From a phage: a stretch of 62,144 nt of DNA. The stretch lies in the sequence record PX021331.1. One strand, given 5' to 3'. The position numbers and the translations under genes were made by a program. This document shows positions 61,488 through 62,144 of the stretch, piece by piece. The notes under the pieces were generated by a model. The model made no database searches. It was given only the letters and a program-made list of their open reading frames with translations, and was not told where the DNA came from. Position 1 is the first letter of the stretch, and every line of letters starts with the position of its first letter.

Positions 61488-62144
61488 TTTAGAACCCCTT
61501 ATTTGGTTTGGGCTCCAGCGGTTGCTGGTCTACCCTGCTTTGCTGCGTTACTACATACTACACTTTTATAATAGCATTTCTAGACATAAACACAATCTAG
61601 ATATTGTAAAGTTCTGTAAAGATAGAATGCGCTTACTAGTGCTCGGGGTCTGCTGCGTGCGGTGTGCTGGTGGACCCCTGCTGGGGTGTAGGGTGCATGT
61701 ATAGGTAACGGGTGCGCGCGGATAGCACATCTATCTATACATAGCAACTACTAATAAAAGAATTCTTGTGCAAAAAGTGCGAAATAGAGATCGGCGCAGA
61801 TCTATGCTAGCGTACAGGGTAGAGGGTAAAACCGCCTACAGGGGCATACAGGGGCCTATAGGCAGGGTGTATGTATATACAGGAACATGCAACAATCATA
61901 CCAATGTGTAGATGCACTATAGTAGTGCATACATGTACACATATCTATACAGACAAAGAACAACAAACAATCTAATCAATGTGCGTAACAGTTAGTGTGC
62001 TAATGTATAGACAAGCACTCAGTCACATGAAGTGACTATCACCTCACCGATCATCACCGATGCAGCTGATAAATCGCCCGGGCGGGCCTTTGAATCGCAT
62101 CTCCGCTTCGTCGTTACAAGATTGTCTTGCCACTAGACACTTTG
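61488..62144. promoter_or_regulatory. divergent non-coding control region (continues into 1-111 if the genome is circular or permuted)
   Basis: ~650 nt with no convincing ORF, between the leftward gene at 61487 and the rightward gene at 112; perfect palindromes TGCACTATAGTAGTGCA and TGTATATACA, inverted repeat AGTCAC-N5-GTGACT, two TCTAGA sites 12 nt apart, repeated TACAGGG and TGTATA(G/C) motifs, TATAAT-like hexamers on both strands. Confidence 0.35.

Noticed and set aside
1-62144. Temperate lifestyle (integrase, repressor, attP) and tRNA/rRNA genes
   Set aside because: No ORF with integrase or recombinase motifs or CI-like repressor seen, and no intergenic region showing cloverleaf-type tRNA features; this is only as strong as an inspection by eye.

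Overview
The window reads as a near-complete genome of a virulent, tailed (siphovirus-type) enterobacterial phage of the 9g/Seurat-like (Queuovirinae-like) kind. It has two convergent transcription arms that meet at a bidirectional terminator near 30.03 kb. The plus arm (0.1-30.0 kb) carries small accessory genes, a lysis block (Rz-like i-spanin with embedded Rz1-like lipoprotein, candidate holin), terminase small and large subunits, portal, scaffold, major capsid, an Ig-like protein, head-tail joining proteins, the major tail protein, a G/GT tail chaperone with a -1 frameshift, tape measure, lambda-like tip proteins including a gpJ homologue, and a 1687-aa fibre. The minus arm (61.5 down to 30.05 kb) carries early small genes, a ~1.07 kb non-coding iteron/AT-rich region (58.78-59.85 kb), an AEP primase-helicase, a replication/recombination block (SF2 helicase, Cas4-like nuclease, SSB-like protein, Sak4-like ATPase, ATP-dependent ligase, RNase H, MazG-like), a five-gene 7-deazaguanine DNA-modification module (queE, gat-queC, queD, folE, dpdA) with four unknown ORFs interleaved, and a family-A DNA polymerase. 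I found no integrase, repressor, rRNA, tRNA or CRISPR array. The 7-deazaguanine module is a known system type; the candidates for something undescribed are the unknown ORFs inside it, a 2H-phosphoesterase early gene, an opposite-strand acidic moron, a C39-like peptidase, and the iteron region. All calls rest on reading the ORF track and sequence by eye; no database search was run. CDS coordinates follow the ORF track with starts moved to the first ATG/GTG that has a Shine-Dalgarno (SD) match; hairpin and repeat coordinates were counted by hand and may be off by 1-2 nt.
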